Counted from the first letter of the stretch, positions 11,740 through 22,771 are shown. The stretch is DNA of 64,000 nt from an uncultured Planctomycetota bacterium (GCA_963845755.1 CAWJTV010000029.1:256001-320000), one strand, 5' to 3'. The notes: generated from the sequence alone by a model not told the origin. Numbers and translations: made by a program.

Positions 11740-12412
11740 ATGATCACGACCGGCATCAAGAATAGCCGCCGGGGATTCCTCGGAACGCTCGCCCTCGGCG
11801 CGACCGCCTTCACGACCCGAGGCGCCTTCGCCGAGGAGTTGACCCGGACCCCCACCACGAACGAGGGGCCGTTCTTCCCGAAGAAGCTCCCGCTCGACAC
11901 CGACAACGACCTGCTGATCATCAACGACACGATCACACCCGCCGTCGGCGAGATCACGCATCTCAGCGGCCGGCTTCTCGACGCCAAGGGGACCCCGCTC
12001 CGCAACGCCGTCATCGAGATCTGGCAGTGCGACCGCGACGGCACCTACCTCAAGCAGCATCAACAGGGCGAGGAGAAGTTCGACACGAACTTCCAGGGAT
12101 ACGGGCGATTCCTGACAAGCTCGACCGGCGAGTTCTACTTCCGGACGATCAAGCCGGTCCCCTACCGGGGACGCTCTGCGGCGCACATCCACGCGGCGGG
12201 TCTGGAAGGGGGACAAGAAGCTACTGACGACCGAGTGCTTCGTCAAGGGCCTCCAGAACAACGAGCGGGATGGCCAGTTCCGCAGCATCCGCAGCCGCGA
12301 TCCCAAGGGCCACGCGACCCTCTGCCTGGACTTCGCCCCGATCAGGGATTCCCGGATTGGCGAGCTCGCTGCGAGATGGGACATTATCCTAGGATACAGT
12401 CCTGAAGCCTGA
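11740..12412 (+). CDS. Tat-exported intradiol ring-cleavage dioxygenase-like protein, frameshift ~12197
   Basis: SRRGFL; EGPFFP, EIWQCD..G.Y, FRTIKPVPY, AHIH; C-terminus continues in a shifted frame (LLTTECFVKG...WDIILG). Confidence 0.85.
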
Positions 12413-12569
12413 GTCGATCGGGAAGAGGGTCACCCGCGGAGCGTTCCCCAACCGCGGACCCTCGCCGACGTATGCCGCGCCGTGACAGTCCCCGGGGCAC
12501 CGCGATTAGTTGGCGCCCTCGACGAGAGGCGATCCGAGAGACGAGTACCTGCCCACGAGAGGAGAACCG

Positions 12570-13673
12570 ATGAAAGTGATGAGTCGGCTGATGCTGCTCG
12601 TGCTGTCCCTGGGCGGCTACGCCCTGGCCGAGGAGACACCCTCGCCCGCGTTGCTGGTCTTGAACAAGGGGCATCGAGGTTCGACCCGGCCCAGCGAGCT
12701 CGCCATCGTTGACCCGGGTTCGGGGCGCGTGGTGGCCCGGATCCCGACCGGGATCGAATCCCATGAAGTGACCGCGTCTCCCGACGGGAAGTTGGCCGTC
12801 GTCACCAATACCGGGCCGTATTCCGACCCCGGCCACACGCTCTCCGTGATCGACCTGAAGGCCCAGAAGGAGGTCCGTCGCGTCGAGCTCGGCCCGCTCC
12901 CGAATCCCCACGGGATTGCCTGGCATGGCGGCAAGTTCACCTTCACCGCCGAGGGAGCCCGGCTTATCGCGCGGTACGACCCGGAGAAGGATCTCGTCGA
13001 TTGGATGATGGGGATCGGCCAGAATTCGATCCACATGCTGGTCTTCAGCAAGGATGGTCGGAAGATCTTCACGGCGAACCGCGGATCGGCGTCGGTCGCG
13101 GTGGTTTCGCCATCGGCCCCCGGAGGACCCGGCGGACCGGGTGGTGGTCCGGGTCGCTGTCCAGGCGGGGCGCCGGGACGCGGACCAGGTGGACCGGGCG
13201 GCGGTCCAGGCGGCGGACCGGGCGCGCGGACCGGGCGGACCCGGCCAGGTGATCATCCCGGTGCAGCAGGGGCCCGAAGGAATCGACATCACGCCCGACG
13301 GCGCGCAGGTCTGGGTCGGATGCCGGGCGCGATCTCGATCATCGACACGGCCAGCAACCAGGTCGTTGGGACGATCGAGACCGGTACCGGGGGCATCAAC
13401 CGCATCAAGTTTACGCCCGACGGCAAGCGGGCCCTCGCGACCCACATGGGACCGCTCATCATCCTGGACGTGGCGTCCCGCAAGGAAATCAAGCGGATCG
13501 ACACCGGCGGAGGCGGCTCGAGCATCCTGGTCGTCCCCGACGGATCCCGGGCCTATATCGGGATGACCGGCGCGGACAAGGTCGCAGTCGTCGACCTCGG
13601 CAAGTTGGAGGTCGTCTCCGAGCTCCTGACCGGCGAAGGGCCCGATGGCATGGCCTGGGTTGGCGGCCCATAG
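12570..13673 (+). CDS. Secreted YVTN/YncE-type beta-propeller with Gly/Pro-rich insert (local frameshifts)
   Basis: Signal peptide; repeated SPDGK/TPDGK blades; GEGPDGMAW end. Confidence 0.8.
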   Translation: MKVMSRLMLLVLSLGGYALAEETPSPALLVLNKGHRGSTRPSELAIVDPGSGRVVARIPTGIESHEVTASPDGKLAVVTNTGPYSDPGHTLSVIDLKAQKEVRRVELGPLPNPHGIAWHGGKFTFTAEGARLIARYDPEKDLVDWMMGIGQNSIHMLVFSKDGRKIFTANRGSASVAVVSPSAPGGPGGPGGGPGRCPGGAPGRGPGGPGGGPGGGPGARTGRTRPGDHPGAAGARRNRHHARRRAGLGRMPGAISIIDTASNQVVGTIETGTGGINRIKFTPDGKRALATHMGPLIILDVASRKEIKRIDTGGGGSSILVVPDGSRAYIGMTGADKVAVVDLGKLEVVSELLTGEGPDGMAWVGGP

Positions 13674-13845
13674 CGCAGAGCCGCACCGGATCGACCTCGG
13701 AGGATCGGATGAAGGGAATTTCATGGAACAGGACGCCCCATCCTCGGGCGTCCGTCGCCGAAACTCATCAGGCGGCGGGCCCCCCGACCTGCGAACCCGC
13801 CGCGGAGATCACGAATTCCCGAGTTTTCCTATTGGAGCCATACCC

Positions 13846-14727
13846 ATGAAGCGATCCCTGTTTGCGACTGGTTTGATAATGTGGGCGGCCATCGTGGCCC
13901 GAGGCGTCCTGGCGCAGCAGCCCGGGCAGCCGGGGCGGGGAGGGCCGCCAAACCCGCTGCTCCAGGCGTTCGACACCGATCATGACGGCACGCTCTCGGC
14001 GGCCGAGATCGATGCGGCGGCCGCGAAGCTCCGCGAGCGCGATGCCAACAAGGACGGCAAGCTGACGGCCGACGAGCTGCCGCGAGGCGCGGGGGGCCGG
14101 GGCGGTCCCGGCCGCGGCGGCCCGGGGGCGATGGAGGCGGACAGCGACCTGAGCAAGCCGCCCCTGCCCAAGGACGACGGCGAGCGGCGGATCCTCGCCG
14201 CCCTCCAGCAAGCCCGCTCGGGCGAGCGGTACGCCAACGTCTCGACGGCCGACGGTCGGCTCCTCCGCCAGCTCGCCGAATCGATCGGCGCCCGGCGCAT
14301 CGTCGAGCTGGGCACCTCGACCGGCGAGTCGGGGCTGTGGTTCTCGATGGCCCTGCGCAAGACCGGCGGCAAGCTCTACACCCACGACATCGACCCCGGC
14401 CGGATCGCCGTCGCCCGCGCGAACTTCAAGCGGGCGGGCGTCGAGGACCTCATCGTCATCACCGAAGGCGACGCCCACGAGACGGCGCCGAAGAACAAGG
14501 AGCCGATCGACCTCCTGTTCGTCGACGCCGAGAAGGAGGGGTACGACGCCTACCTCAAGGAACTCCTGCCCTACGTCCGCCCCGGTGGCCTGATCGTTGC
14601 CCACAACATGCGGCGGCCGGCCCCGAATCCGCGGTACGTCGAGGCGATCACGACGAGCCCCGACCTCGACACGTCGTTCGTACTCATGGACGGGGCCGGG
14701 ATCGGAATCACGCTCAAGAAGCACTGA
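13846..14727 (+). CDS. O-methyltransferase (Methyltransf_3 type) with signal peptide and EF-hand pair
   Basis: DTDHDGTLSAAE and DANKDGKLTADE loops; VELGTSTGES, FVDAEK, PGGLIVAHN. Confidence 0.85.
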   Translation: MKRSLFATGLIMWAAIVARGVLAQQPGQPGRGGPPNPLLQAFDTDHDGTLSAAEIDAAAAKLRERDANKDGKLTADELPRGAGGRGGPGRGGPGAMEADSDLSKPPLPKDDGERRILAALQQARSGERYANVSTADGRLLRQLAESIGARRIVELGTSTGESGLWFSMALRKTGGKLYTHDIDPGRIAVARANFKRAGVEDLIVITEGDAHETAPKNKEPIDLLFVDAEKEGYDAYLKELLPYVRPGGLIVAHNMRRPAPNPRYVEAITTSPDLDTSFVLMDGAGIGITLKKH

Positions 14728-14862
14728 GAACGGGGGAATGGAGATTGCGGGGAGAGGCCCACGCCCCGCGAGCTTCTGGCTGCCGGCGCGTAAGCCCGGC
14801 TTCTGCGACACAACCCCGTGGTCAGGGAGGACCCTGGGGTTCTTCATGTCGCCCGGGAACGT

Positions 14863-15860
14863 CTACTTGCTCAGGTTCCAGACGGTCCGCCCCGGCTCGT
14901 TCAGCCGCACGGCCCAGAGCGTGCCGCCGGCGGTCACGAAGAGGGTCTTGAAGTCGTCGCCACCGAAGGCGCAGTTGGTGCACTCGTCGCGGGGGATCGG
15001 GATCGTCTGGAGGAGTTCGCCTTTAGGCGAGAAGACGTAGATGCCTGCCGTGGGCTTTTCCTGCGTCTCGTACGGCGGGTTCGGCCGGTTCAGGCCGGCG
15101 GCGACGAACAGGCGGCCGGCGGCGTCGAGTTTGATGCCGTCGGGGCCTCGCGTGGCACCCCAGTCGTGCACGAGCGTCCGGCTGGCGGGGGCGACCGTGC
15201 CGTCGGGGCGAAGGACGAATCGCCAGAGCTTCCGGCGCCTCCGACGGTATCGTTGTTGTTGTCGGCGACGTAGAGCGTCCGATCGTCGGGCGTGACGACC
15301 AGGCCGTTCGGCCGGTCCACCTCGTGCGTGATGACGCGGCTGACCTGCCCGTCGGGGTCGATCCGGTAGACGCCCTCGACCTTCCGGCCGTCGGCGTCGA
15401 GCATCTCCATGCCGCGGCGGTCGCCGTAGCAGGGGTCGGAGAAGTAGATGCGCCCGCGGGAATCGAGCGACAGGTCGTTCGGCTGGTTGAAGCGGTGGCC
15501 GTCGTAGCGGTCGGCGAGGATCGTCAGGCGCCCGCCGTGCTCGATCCGGGTCACTCGGCGGTGCGCGGCCTCGCAGATCACCAGGCGCCCCTGGCGGTCG
15601 AACATCAGGCCGTTCGACCCGACCTCCTCGCGGTAAACTGAAACTTTGCCGTCGAGGGAGCGGCGGACGATATTCCCATCGCCGCTGGTGAACAAGCCGA
15701 GCTTCGGGTGCCAGGCCGGCCCTTCGCCCGCGCCGCGCTCTTGCAAGAGGTTGGGGCGAGCACCCGGGGCGAGGATGTCCGGTCCTTCGGCGATTGCTGG
15801 CCGGACGGCGATCGCGGCGAGGACGACCAGGGCGAGCTTGGCGTCGAGTTGAAGGTCCAT
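14863..15860 (-). CDS. Second secreted SMP-30/gluconolactonase, frameshift ~15240
   Basis: GEGPAW, FNQPND, RPNGL, GPDGIKLD, TNCAFGG. Confidence 0.88.
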
Positions 15861-16060
15861 TCGTCGCTGCCTCCGAGTGACCTGAGTTCGACAATCCCAC
15901 GTCCCGAGTGGTCCCGTTTCCGGGGTCCACCTTACCTTGGGTCGTTACCGGGCAGGATACTGGCGATCAGTTGCCGGCCCTGTCCGGATGTCCCAATTGT
16001 GCAGCCCTACCGCTTTGTCCCGGATCTCTCCCGCGGGGTGGGAAGTCTCGGTGAAGGTGA

Positions 16061-16873
16061 TCAGACCGGCTCTCGGACGAGGAACGCTCGGGTGTAAGCC
16101 ACCTGGAGCCCCCGGCGTTCGGCGTTACGCTGCGAGGTGCTACCGGGTTGGGCACCCTGGGCGGCCAGATCGCAATCGGAGCGACGGGCCAAGGCGAGGC
16201 GAGCGTGGTGCAGTGCCGCGTGGACGCCCCGGTTGCGATACGGTGGCAGGGTCGCAGCTCCGGCGAGGAGAGCGAGTCCCCGATGCATGAGGACCGAGCC
16301 ACCGCCAACCGGCTGCCCGTCGATGAGGGCGAGGAAGGATGAGGCGTGTTTCATCCCCAGCATCGTGGCCATCATCTCCAACGACTCATCGAGCGATCCG
16401 GTGGGACCGACGAAGTTCGGGGCCACCACGTTCGCGTAGAGGTCGTGCTCACGCGGATCGACCGGGCGGACCTCGATACCAGGCACGGAAAGAGGTTCGG
16501 GGTCATCCCGGCCCAAGGGCAGGATCAGGATATTCTCGAAACCGGAGAGCCGATAGCCTCGGCGCCCCAGGCCCTCGATGAGCGTCGGGTCGGCCAGGGG
16601 ACACACGACGACTCGGGACGTTTCCCCTCGGCTGAAGAAGATCGCTTCCATCCGATCGAGGTCGGTCTCGGTCACCGGCCCGTGCAGCCCCATCGCCTTG
16701 GTTTCCGTCAGCGGCGAGCCAGGTCCGCCGAAGACCGCCCGACCGCCCGCCACCTCCTCAACCGCCACGTCCACCTCGGGCCGCCGCCGTCCGAGTTCGC
16801 GGACGTACGCCTCCGCCGTGAACGCCTCGGCTTCCTCCAGCCGTCTTGCCAGTTCCAGGTCGGTCAAGGTCAT
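16061..16873 (-). CDS. GNAT-family acetyltransferase
   Basis: ATLPPYRNRGVH acetyl-CoA motif; SQRNAERRG. Confidence 0.85.
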   Translation of the reverse strand: MTLTDLELARRLEEAEAFTAEAYVRELGRRRPEVDVAVEEVAGGRAVFGGPGSPLTETKAMGLHGPVTETDLDRMEAIFFSRGETSRVVVCPLADPTLIEGLGRRGYRLSGFENILILPLGRDDPEPLSVPGIEVRPVDPREHDLYANVVAPNFVGPTGSLDESLEMMATMLGMKHASSFLALIDGQPVGGGSVLMHRGLALLAGAATLPPYRNRGVHAALHHARLALARRSDCDLAAQGAQPGSTSQRNAERRGLQVAYTRAFLVREPV

Positions 16874-17166
16874 GGTCAACGTAGATGCTCCGGCGCGACC
16901 TCAAGGCGTCGCATCCATACGGGTGTTGCAAAGGTAGCCAGGGCGCGGTCAGGGAATCGGTAGCGCGAAGATCCTTCCCTGGACGATCTCCTCGGGATAG
17001 TCGGGGTGGGGCCCAGTGCGAACGGCCCGGCTGCAAACAAGACTTCGGGCTCGGCGCCGACTTTCATGGGATCAGTTCCTTTGCGCAGCATGATTCCGCA
17101 TTATCGCGCCGATCGATCCCTGGTTCAATCCCGGCGTGCCAATAAAGCATGCACATTCCTGCTTGC

Positions 17167-18408
17167 TCAAATGAAATCGACCGATCCATCCGCCCGGAAG
17201 CCGAAGCCGCGCCGCCATGGCTTGGGCGGGTAGTGTCGGAACGCCTCTTCATTCAGCTCGATGCCCCAGCCGGGCTTCTCGGGGACCGCGAGGTAGCCCC
17301 GGTCAACGACGAGGGGCTCGCGGACCAGGTCGCGGCGGGGCGGGACATCGTCGGGGGTGTACTCGAGGATCAAGAAGTTCGGCGTGGATGCCGCGAAGTG
17401 CGTGTTGACCACGTTGGCAACCGGGCCCATCGGGTTATGAGGAGCCACGACGACGTAGTGGGCCTCGGCCATGGCTGCGATCTTCTTCATCTCCAGGACG
17501 CCGCCGCACAGGCAGATGTCGGGCTGGATGATATCGAGCGCCTGGGCCTGGAGGATCGGCTGGAACTCGAACTTCGTGTAGTTGCACTCGCCACTGGCCA
17601 GCGGGACCGAGACGTGCGCGGCGAGCTTGGCCATGGCGTTGACATTCTCGGGCCGGATCGGCTCCTCGAGCCAGAAGGGCTGATACGGCTCGATGGCCCG
17701 GGCCACGCGAATCGCGCGGCTGAGCTCGAAGAACTGGGCATGGATGTCCACGGCGATATCGGCGTCGGATCCCAGCGCGTCGCGGACCGCGCGGATGCGT
17801 TGTCCGGCCGCTCGGGTCACGGCGTTGTAGGGCGCCGCGTGCATCCCGGGCGGGTGCGGCGACATCTTCACGGCGGTGTATCCATACTTCTCCACAACGG
17901 CCCGGGCACTCTCCGCCAGTTGGCTCGGCTCGGCCCCACCGATGCCCTGGTAGAGCCGGACCTTCTCGCGGCACTTGCCCCCCAGGAGGCGATAGACGGG
18001 CAAGCCAGCCGCCTTGCCCGCGATATCCCAGAGCGCGTGCTCGATGCCGCTCATCGCCGCGTTGATCACCGATCCGCCGGGGAACCGGCTGAAGTTATAC
18101 ATCATCGCCCAGAGGTGCTCGATGTTGCGCGGGTCCTGGCCGACCAACCAGTCCTTGAAGTCGTGGATCGCCGCGACCGTGGCCCGGTCCGGCCCGCAGG
18201 AATAGGACTCGCCGATCCCGTGGATCCCCTGGTCCGTCTCTACCTTGACGAAGAGATGGTTTCGGCCCAGGCCGACGAGGAATGTCTTGATGTCCGTGAT
18301 CCGGATCTCCGGGCGGACCTGCGCCGGGCCCGCGGGCTGAGCCGCGGCTGCCCCGCCCGTCGCACCGACGGCCAGACCGCTCGTCATGAGGAAGTGTCGC
18401 CGTTTCAT
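17167..18408 (-). CDS. Mandelate racemase/enolase superfamily acid-sugar dehydratase (galactonate dehydratase-like) with Tat signal
   Basis: KRRHFL; ALWDIAGK, KMSP, VDIH, LEEP, SGE, QPD, PHNP. Confidence 0.88.
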   Translation of the reverse strand: MKRRHFLMTSGLAVGATGGAAAAQPAGPAQVRPEIRITDIKTFLVGLGRNHLFVKVETDQGIHGIGESYSCGPDRATVAAIHDFKDWLVGQDPRNIEHLWAMMYNFSRFPGGSVINAAMSGIEHALWDIAGKAAGLPVYRLLGGKCREKVRLYQGIGGAEPSQLAESARAVVEKYGYTAVKMSPHPPGMHAAPYNAVTRAAGQRIRAVRDALGSDADIAVDIHAQFFELSRAIRVARAIEPYQPFWLEEPIRPENVNAMAKLAAHVSVPLASGECNYTKFEFQPILQAQALDIIQPDICLCGGVLEMKKIAAMAEAHYVVVAPHNPMGPVANVVNTHFAASTPNFLILEYTPDDVPPRRDLVREPLVVDRGYLAVPEKPGWGIELNEEAFRHYPPKPWRRGFGFRADGSVDFI

Positions 18409-18444
18409 CTGCTCACTTGCCTTTCGTCGCGGTGGGCTCAGTCA

Positions 18445-19383
18445 TTACCGCCGCGAGCTCGGCGTGAGGAACCCCTGACTTCGCAGCCATCGGGCGCACA
18501 AGTCCATCCAGGTGCCGTACGGTCGGTCACTGGGGCGGACCCCGAAATCGTGTGCGGTATCGGCATAAACATGCAGTTCTGCCGGGACGCCCGCCTTTCT
18601 CAGGGCCAGGTACGCGATCACGCTGTGTTCCGGAGGGCTGACGGTATCGGCCCCCCCGTGGACCAGGAAGACCGGCGGCGTCCGTGCTGGGATTGTCAGG
18701 CCGGGAGCGAGTTCATCCTTATCCTTCGGTTTGAGGTAACCCGAATAGACCGGGATCGCGAAATCCGGCCGGCAATCGATCTTGTCGATGTCGTCGATCG
18801 TCTCGTAGGTTCGCTTTTCGAAGCTCGTCGCCGTGGCGAGGGCGAGATGTCCTCCGGCCGAGAAGCCGATGATCCCGATGCGGTGCGGATCGATACCCCA
18901 GTCCCTGGCATTGCTCCGGACCAGGCTCACCGCCCGTTGGGCATCTTGAAGCGGCCGGCGAGCCGGCTCGCTCTTGACTTCGCCGGGACGCCGCGGCACC
19001 CGGTACTTGAGTATGATGCCCGTCACTCCCAGCGAATTCAGCCAGGCTGCAACCTCCTCACCTTCCAACTGCCAGTAGAGATTCCAGTAGCCGCCCCCTG
19101 GGCAGATCAGCACCGCGGTGCCGGTGTCCTTATCCTTGGCCGGCCGATAGATCGTGAGGGTCGGTTGCGTGACGTTGGTCACGAGCCGGGTCGGCTCGGT
19201 CACCTCGAGCTTCTCGCGCGACTCCTTCGGCGACATGCGGACATACTCCGCACCGATCGTGCCGGCCTCCTCCGGAGCTTTTCCCGGCCAGAGCCCCACC
19301 ACCTGAGGATTGTCCGGACCTGCCGCCGCCAGGACGCCGACCAGGAAAGCGACCAAAGAACCTGCTGTGACGAATCGGATCAT
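18445..19383 (-). CDS. Secreted alpha/beta hydrolase (carbohydrate esterase-like)
   Basis: CPGGGY, GFSAGG, HDFG. Confidence 0.88.
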   Translation of the reverse strand: MIRFVTAGSLVAFLVGVLAAAGPDNPQVVGLWPGKAPEEAGTIGAEYVRMSPKESREKLEVTEPTRLVTNVTQPTLTIYRPAKDKDTGTAVLICPGGGYWNLYWQLEGEEVAAWLNSLGVTGIILKYRVPRRPGEVKSEPARRPLQDAQRAVSLVRSNARDWGIDPHRIGIIGFSAGGHLALATATSFEKRTYETIDDIDKIDCRPDFAIPVYSGYLKPKDKDELAPGLTIPARTPPVFLVHGGADTVSPPEHSVIAYLALRKAGVPAELHVYADTAHDFGVRPSDRPYGTWMDLCARWLRSQGFLTPSSRR

Positions 19384-19431
19384 GCCAGTTCCTCGATTCG
19401 AGAACGAAGAAAACGTCCCACATCGTCGTCG

Positions 19432-20566
19432 TCACGAGTCAGCAATCGCGTGCGATCCACGCAGTACGCAGTCCCCTTGGAGGCCGCGGCTACCGCAGCA
19501 CGTAAGCTGGCTCTTCCCTCGGTGTTTCGGTTTGGGCCCCTTCTGAGCGAGGAACCGCCTCGCCCGGTCTCGCATCTCGCGGGACCAAGGGCGCAGGCCG
19601 AGCCGCTCGAAGAGTTGGCGGTCTTCATGCGTGGCCGGGTTCGGCGTGGTCAGCAGTTTTTCTCCGTAGAAGATCGAATTGGCGCCGGCCAGGAAGCAGA
19701 GCGCCTGGAGCTCCGCGCTCATGGACTCGCGGCCGGCGGAGAGCCGGACGTACGAGGTCGGCATTAGGATCCGGGCGACTGCGATCGTTCGGACGAAGTC
19801 GAGCGGATCGATCGCCGCCTCATCCGCCAGCGGCGTGCCTTCCACGCGGACCAGCATGTTGATCGGGACGCTCTCGGGGTGCTCGGGCAGGTTGGCCAAC
19901 GTCCGGAGTAACTCGCCGCGATCTGCCGGGCTCTCGCCCATTCCCAGGATCCCCCCGCAACAGACGCGAATCCCCGCCGTGCGGCACATCGCGCGAGCGT
20001 GTCCAGCCGGTCCTGGTAGGTCCGCGTGCTGATGATCTGGCCGTAGTAAGACTCGGACGTGTCCAGGTTGTGGTTGTAATAGTCGAGACCCGCCGCTTTG
20101 AGGCGTTCGGCCTGCGGACCGGTCAACATGCCGAGCGTGACGCAGGTCTCCAGCCCGAGCATCTTCACCTCGGCCACGAGCTCGGCCACCTCGTCGAGGT
20201 CCCGATCCCGGGCGCACGCCAGGCCGCTCCCATGCAGAAGCGCGTCGCACCGGCCGCCTGCGCCTGGAGTGCCTCGGCGCGCACCGCCTCCTTCGTCATG
20301 AGCCTCTCCGACTTGACGCTGGTCGTGAAATGGGCGCTTTGCGGACAATATGCACAATCCTCGGGACAACCGCCCGTCTTGATCGAGAGCAGCGTGGAGA
20401 TCTGGACTTCGTTCGCGTCGAAGGTGCCGCGGTGGATCGTCTGGGCCTGAAACAGGAGATCGTTGAATGGGAGGCGGTACAGGGCCAGGACCTCATCCCG
20501 AGTCCAGTCGTGGCGAAGGCCGGGACCTCGCGTTTGGCACGGGGGCGATTCGGCATTATGAACCAT
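19432..20566 (-). CDS. bioB: Biotin synthase, frameshifted (~20225, ~19990); 3' end uncertain
   Basis: [49 protein letters not shown]. Confidence 0.95.
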
Positions 20567-20587
20567 CAGAGTCCTCATCACCATGGA

Positions 20588-20657
20588 GATTCCGGATTCC
20601 GGATTCCGGATTCCGGATTACTAAGCCCGGATTCCGGATTACAGATTCCAGATTCCG
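20588..20657. repeat. GATTCCG heptamer tandem array upstream of bioB
   Basis: gattccg x4, then gattccg gattaca gattcca gattccg. Confidence 0.85.
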
Positions 20658-20951
20658 GAAAGTCGAGTGCATCCCATTCGTGTTTTGATCATCGTGGATC
20701 GCGTAATAGACGCTTTTCCCGGGAGGAAGACACTTTCTTGTCGATTGTTCACCCGAAACCTTATACATGTCAATGACTTGCGTTGTCAACTCCAGCTCTT
20801 CAGGTATGATCAAGCCGGATCTTGCAAGCTCGGTCTGTCTCAGTATTTACGTCGATGCCCCGACAACGGTCATGGGGCAATCTTGGTAACAACCGGTAGT
20901 CGCCTTGAGCCCCGCCCCTCGCATCCCATCCACGGGCTTGAATGGGTCTCG

Positions 20952-21158
20952 CTATCGATGGCGCTCGATCATGTCTGGCAGTTCGCGTATGATCGTGGTC
21001 AGTTTGTCTTGTTGTTTCGCGGAGGCATCAATCGAGCGCCTCAACCGCCGGATCTGCGCCTGCTGGATCGCCACCTCCTGGAGCAACGCCAGGATCGCGA
21101 CGACGACCAGGATCGTGCCGAACCGGAGGCGGAAGCATGCCGGTCGATCGTCTTTCAT
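20952..21158 (-). CDS. Small membrane-anchored coiled-coil protein
   Basis: RLRFGTILVVVAILALL anchor followed by a helix. Confidence 0.5.
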   Translation of the reverse strand: MKDDRPACFRLRFGTILVVVAILALLQEVAIQQAQIRRLRRSIDASAKQQDKLTTIIRELPDMIERHR

Positions 21159-21219
21159 CTTCTCGGCTCCGGCGGATCCGGCTCGACTTAAGAGCCACAC
21201 AAAGGAAGGAGAAAGACCG

Positions 21220-22641
21220 ATGAAAGCGTGGTTATGGGATGGATCTGCGGGAGTCGATCACTTGCGATTAGGCGAGGCGCCGAACCCGGTGGCAGAGCAA
21301 GGCGAAGTCGTATTGGAAGTTCGACTACGCAGCCTTAAACCCGGCTGACCTGTATTTGGCAGAAAGGCGATACCCGTACCCGGTAAATCCTCCTCTGCCA
21401 CATGTGTTGGGGCGAGACGGCGTGGGAACGATCGTTCAAGTAGGCGAGGGCGTTAGCGATGTGCATGTGGGCGACCGGCGTGTCATCCTACGCAGCCACG
21501 CAGGAGTTTTCCGCTGGGGCAGCTTCGCCGAACGAGTGTCGATTCCGGCACAGAGCCTGGTCGACATCCCGACTGGGTGGACCGACGAGGAAGCTTCGTG
21601 CGCAACTCTCGTTTATATGGCGGCATATCGTGCGTTGACGATGTGGGAGCCGCTCAAGCCGAACTCCGTGGTGCTAGCCTGGATTCCCATGGAGGCAAAA
21701 ACGGGGTAGGCTACGACGCAATCCATAAACGAAGCAAAATTCGTCGAAGTGGGTTTTCCCCTGGATTTCAAGTGGTTCTGGCTTGAAACGGCTCATCGAA
21801 ACGCCTCTCTCGATGTTAGGTGATCCGTAAACTGAAAAAAGAGCATCCACGGTGTCAACTCAATGCATCCACTGTGGTGAATTCGATAGATTTGTCGCAA
21901 GAACCCCTTGTTTTCCAGGAGGAAGTGAGATTCGATCGACGAACATATCATCCATGGTGATCAAGTTAACTTAGTGGGAGACCCACCTTTAACTCTTGGA
22001 GGAGCATAACCAGTTCCGAGGCGAAAAGCTGAGTATCGCGGGCTTTTTTCCAATCATGCGGCAACAAATGTTAGCCCAATCTGCCTCCATGGGAATCCAG
22101 GCTAGTCACCGGTGCTTCAGGTGGTGTCGGCGTCGCGGCTGTGCAACTGGCTGCGGCGATGGGTCACACTGTGGTCGCTCTATCGCGCAGTGAGGACAAG
22201 CAACATCGCTTGAAAGAGCTCGGAGCGACATTCGCATTCAACCCCGAGGATTCAGAGTGGCCAGCGAGAGTAAAGGATGCTTTGAACTCACGTGGGGTGA
22301 ATCTCGCCGTAGACAATATAGGAGGCAAGCTGTTCCCAGAGGTTATCGCGACGATGGGCGAACTAGGAAGAATCAGCCTGGTCGGGGAACTCGCAGGCCC
22401 GGTGCCTAATTTCGACACAGGAACCCTCTTTTCTCGGCGGTTGCGGATTGGCGCAATGGCGCTCGGCTACTATACACCGGAAGAAACCCGAACGACATGG
22501 CAGGAACTCCTGTCGGTGCTGGCGAAATCGGGAGCCCGCCCACAGGTGGATCGGGTCTTTCCGTTCGAGCAGTTGCCTGAGGCGTTTGAACGTCTGAGGG
22601 GCGGCCCGATGGGTAAAGTGCTGATGCGCGTAAAGCCTTAA
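21220..22641 (+). pseudogene. MDR-family quinone oxidoreductase interrupted by a MITE
   Basis: ALNPAD, LPHVLGRDG, VVL|VTGASGGVG (rejoined after removing the insert), AVDNIGG, MGKV; extra frameshift ~21325. Confidence 0.9.
21678..22101. mobile_element. 424-bp non-autonomous element (MITE), IS1380-like ends
   Basis: Perfect 20-bp TIR CCTGGATTCCCATGGAGGCA; CTAG on both flanks; no transposase ORF. Confidence 0.9.
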
Positions 22642-22740
22642 ATTGAGCGACGGACACTATCATTCGTCGGGCCAGGAAAAAAGGTTTGACGCCTTCCTCT
22701 CGATTCAATGATAACGCTGTCCGCTAATGCGTTTACGAGA

Positions 22741-22771
22741 GAAGCGCCTTTCGTATGACAGGCGCTTCTTT
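22741..22771 (+). terminator. Intrinsic terminator-like hairpin
   Basis: GAAGCGCCT-N10-AGGCGCTTC then TTT, between convergent genes. Confidence 0.55.

Noticed and set aside
13115..13250. GGACC/GGTCC repeats
   Set aside because: They encode a Gly/Pro linker inside the propeller gene.
17149..19767. 872-aa plus-strand ORF and similar long antisense ORFs
   Set aside because: These are high-GC shadow frames opposite recognisable genes.
20783..20815. BirA operator upstream of bioB
   Set aside because: TTGTCAAC lacks a convincing inverted partner and lies inside the island boundary.
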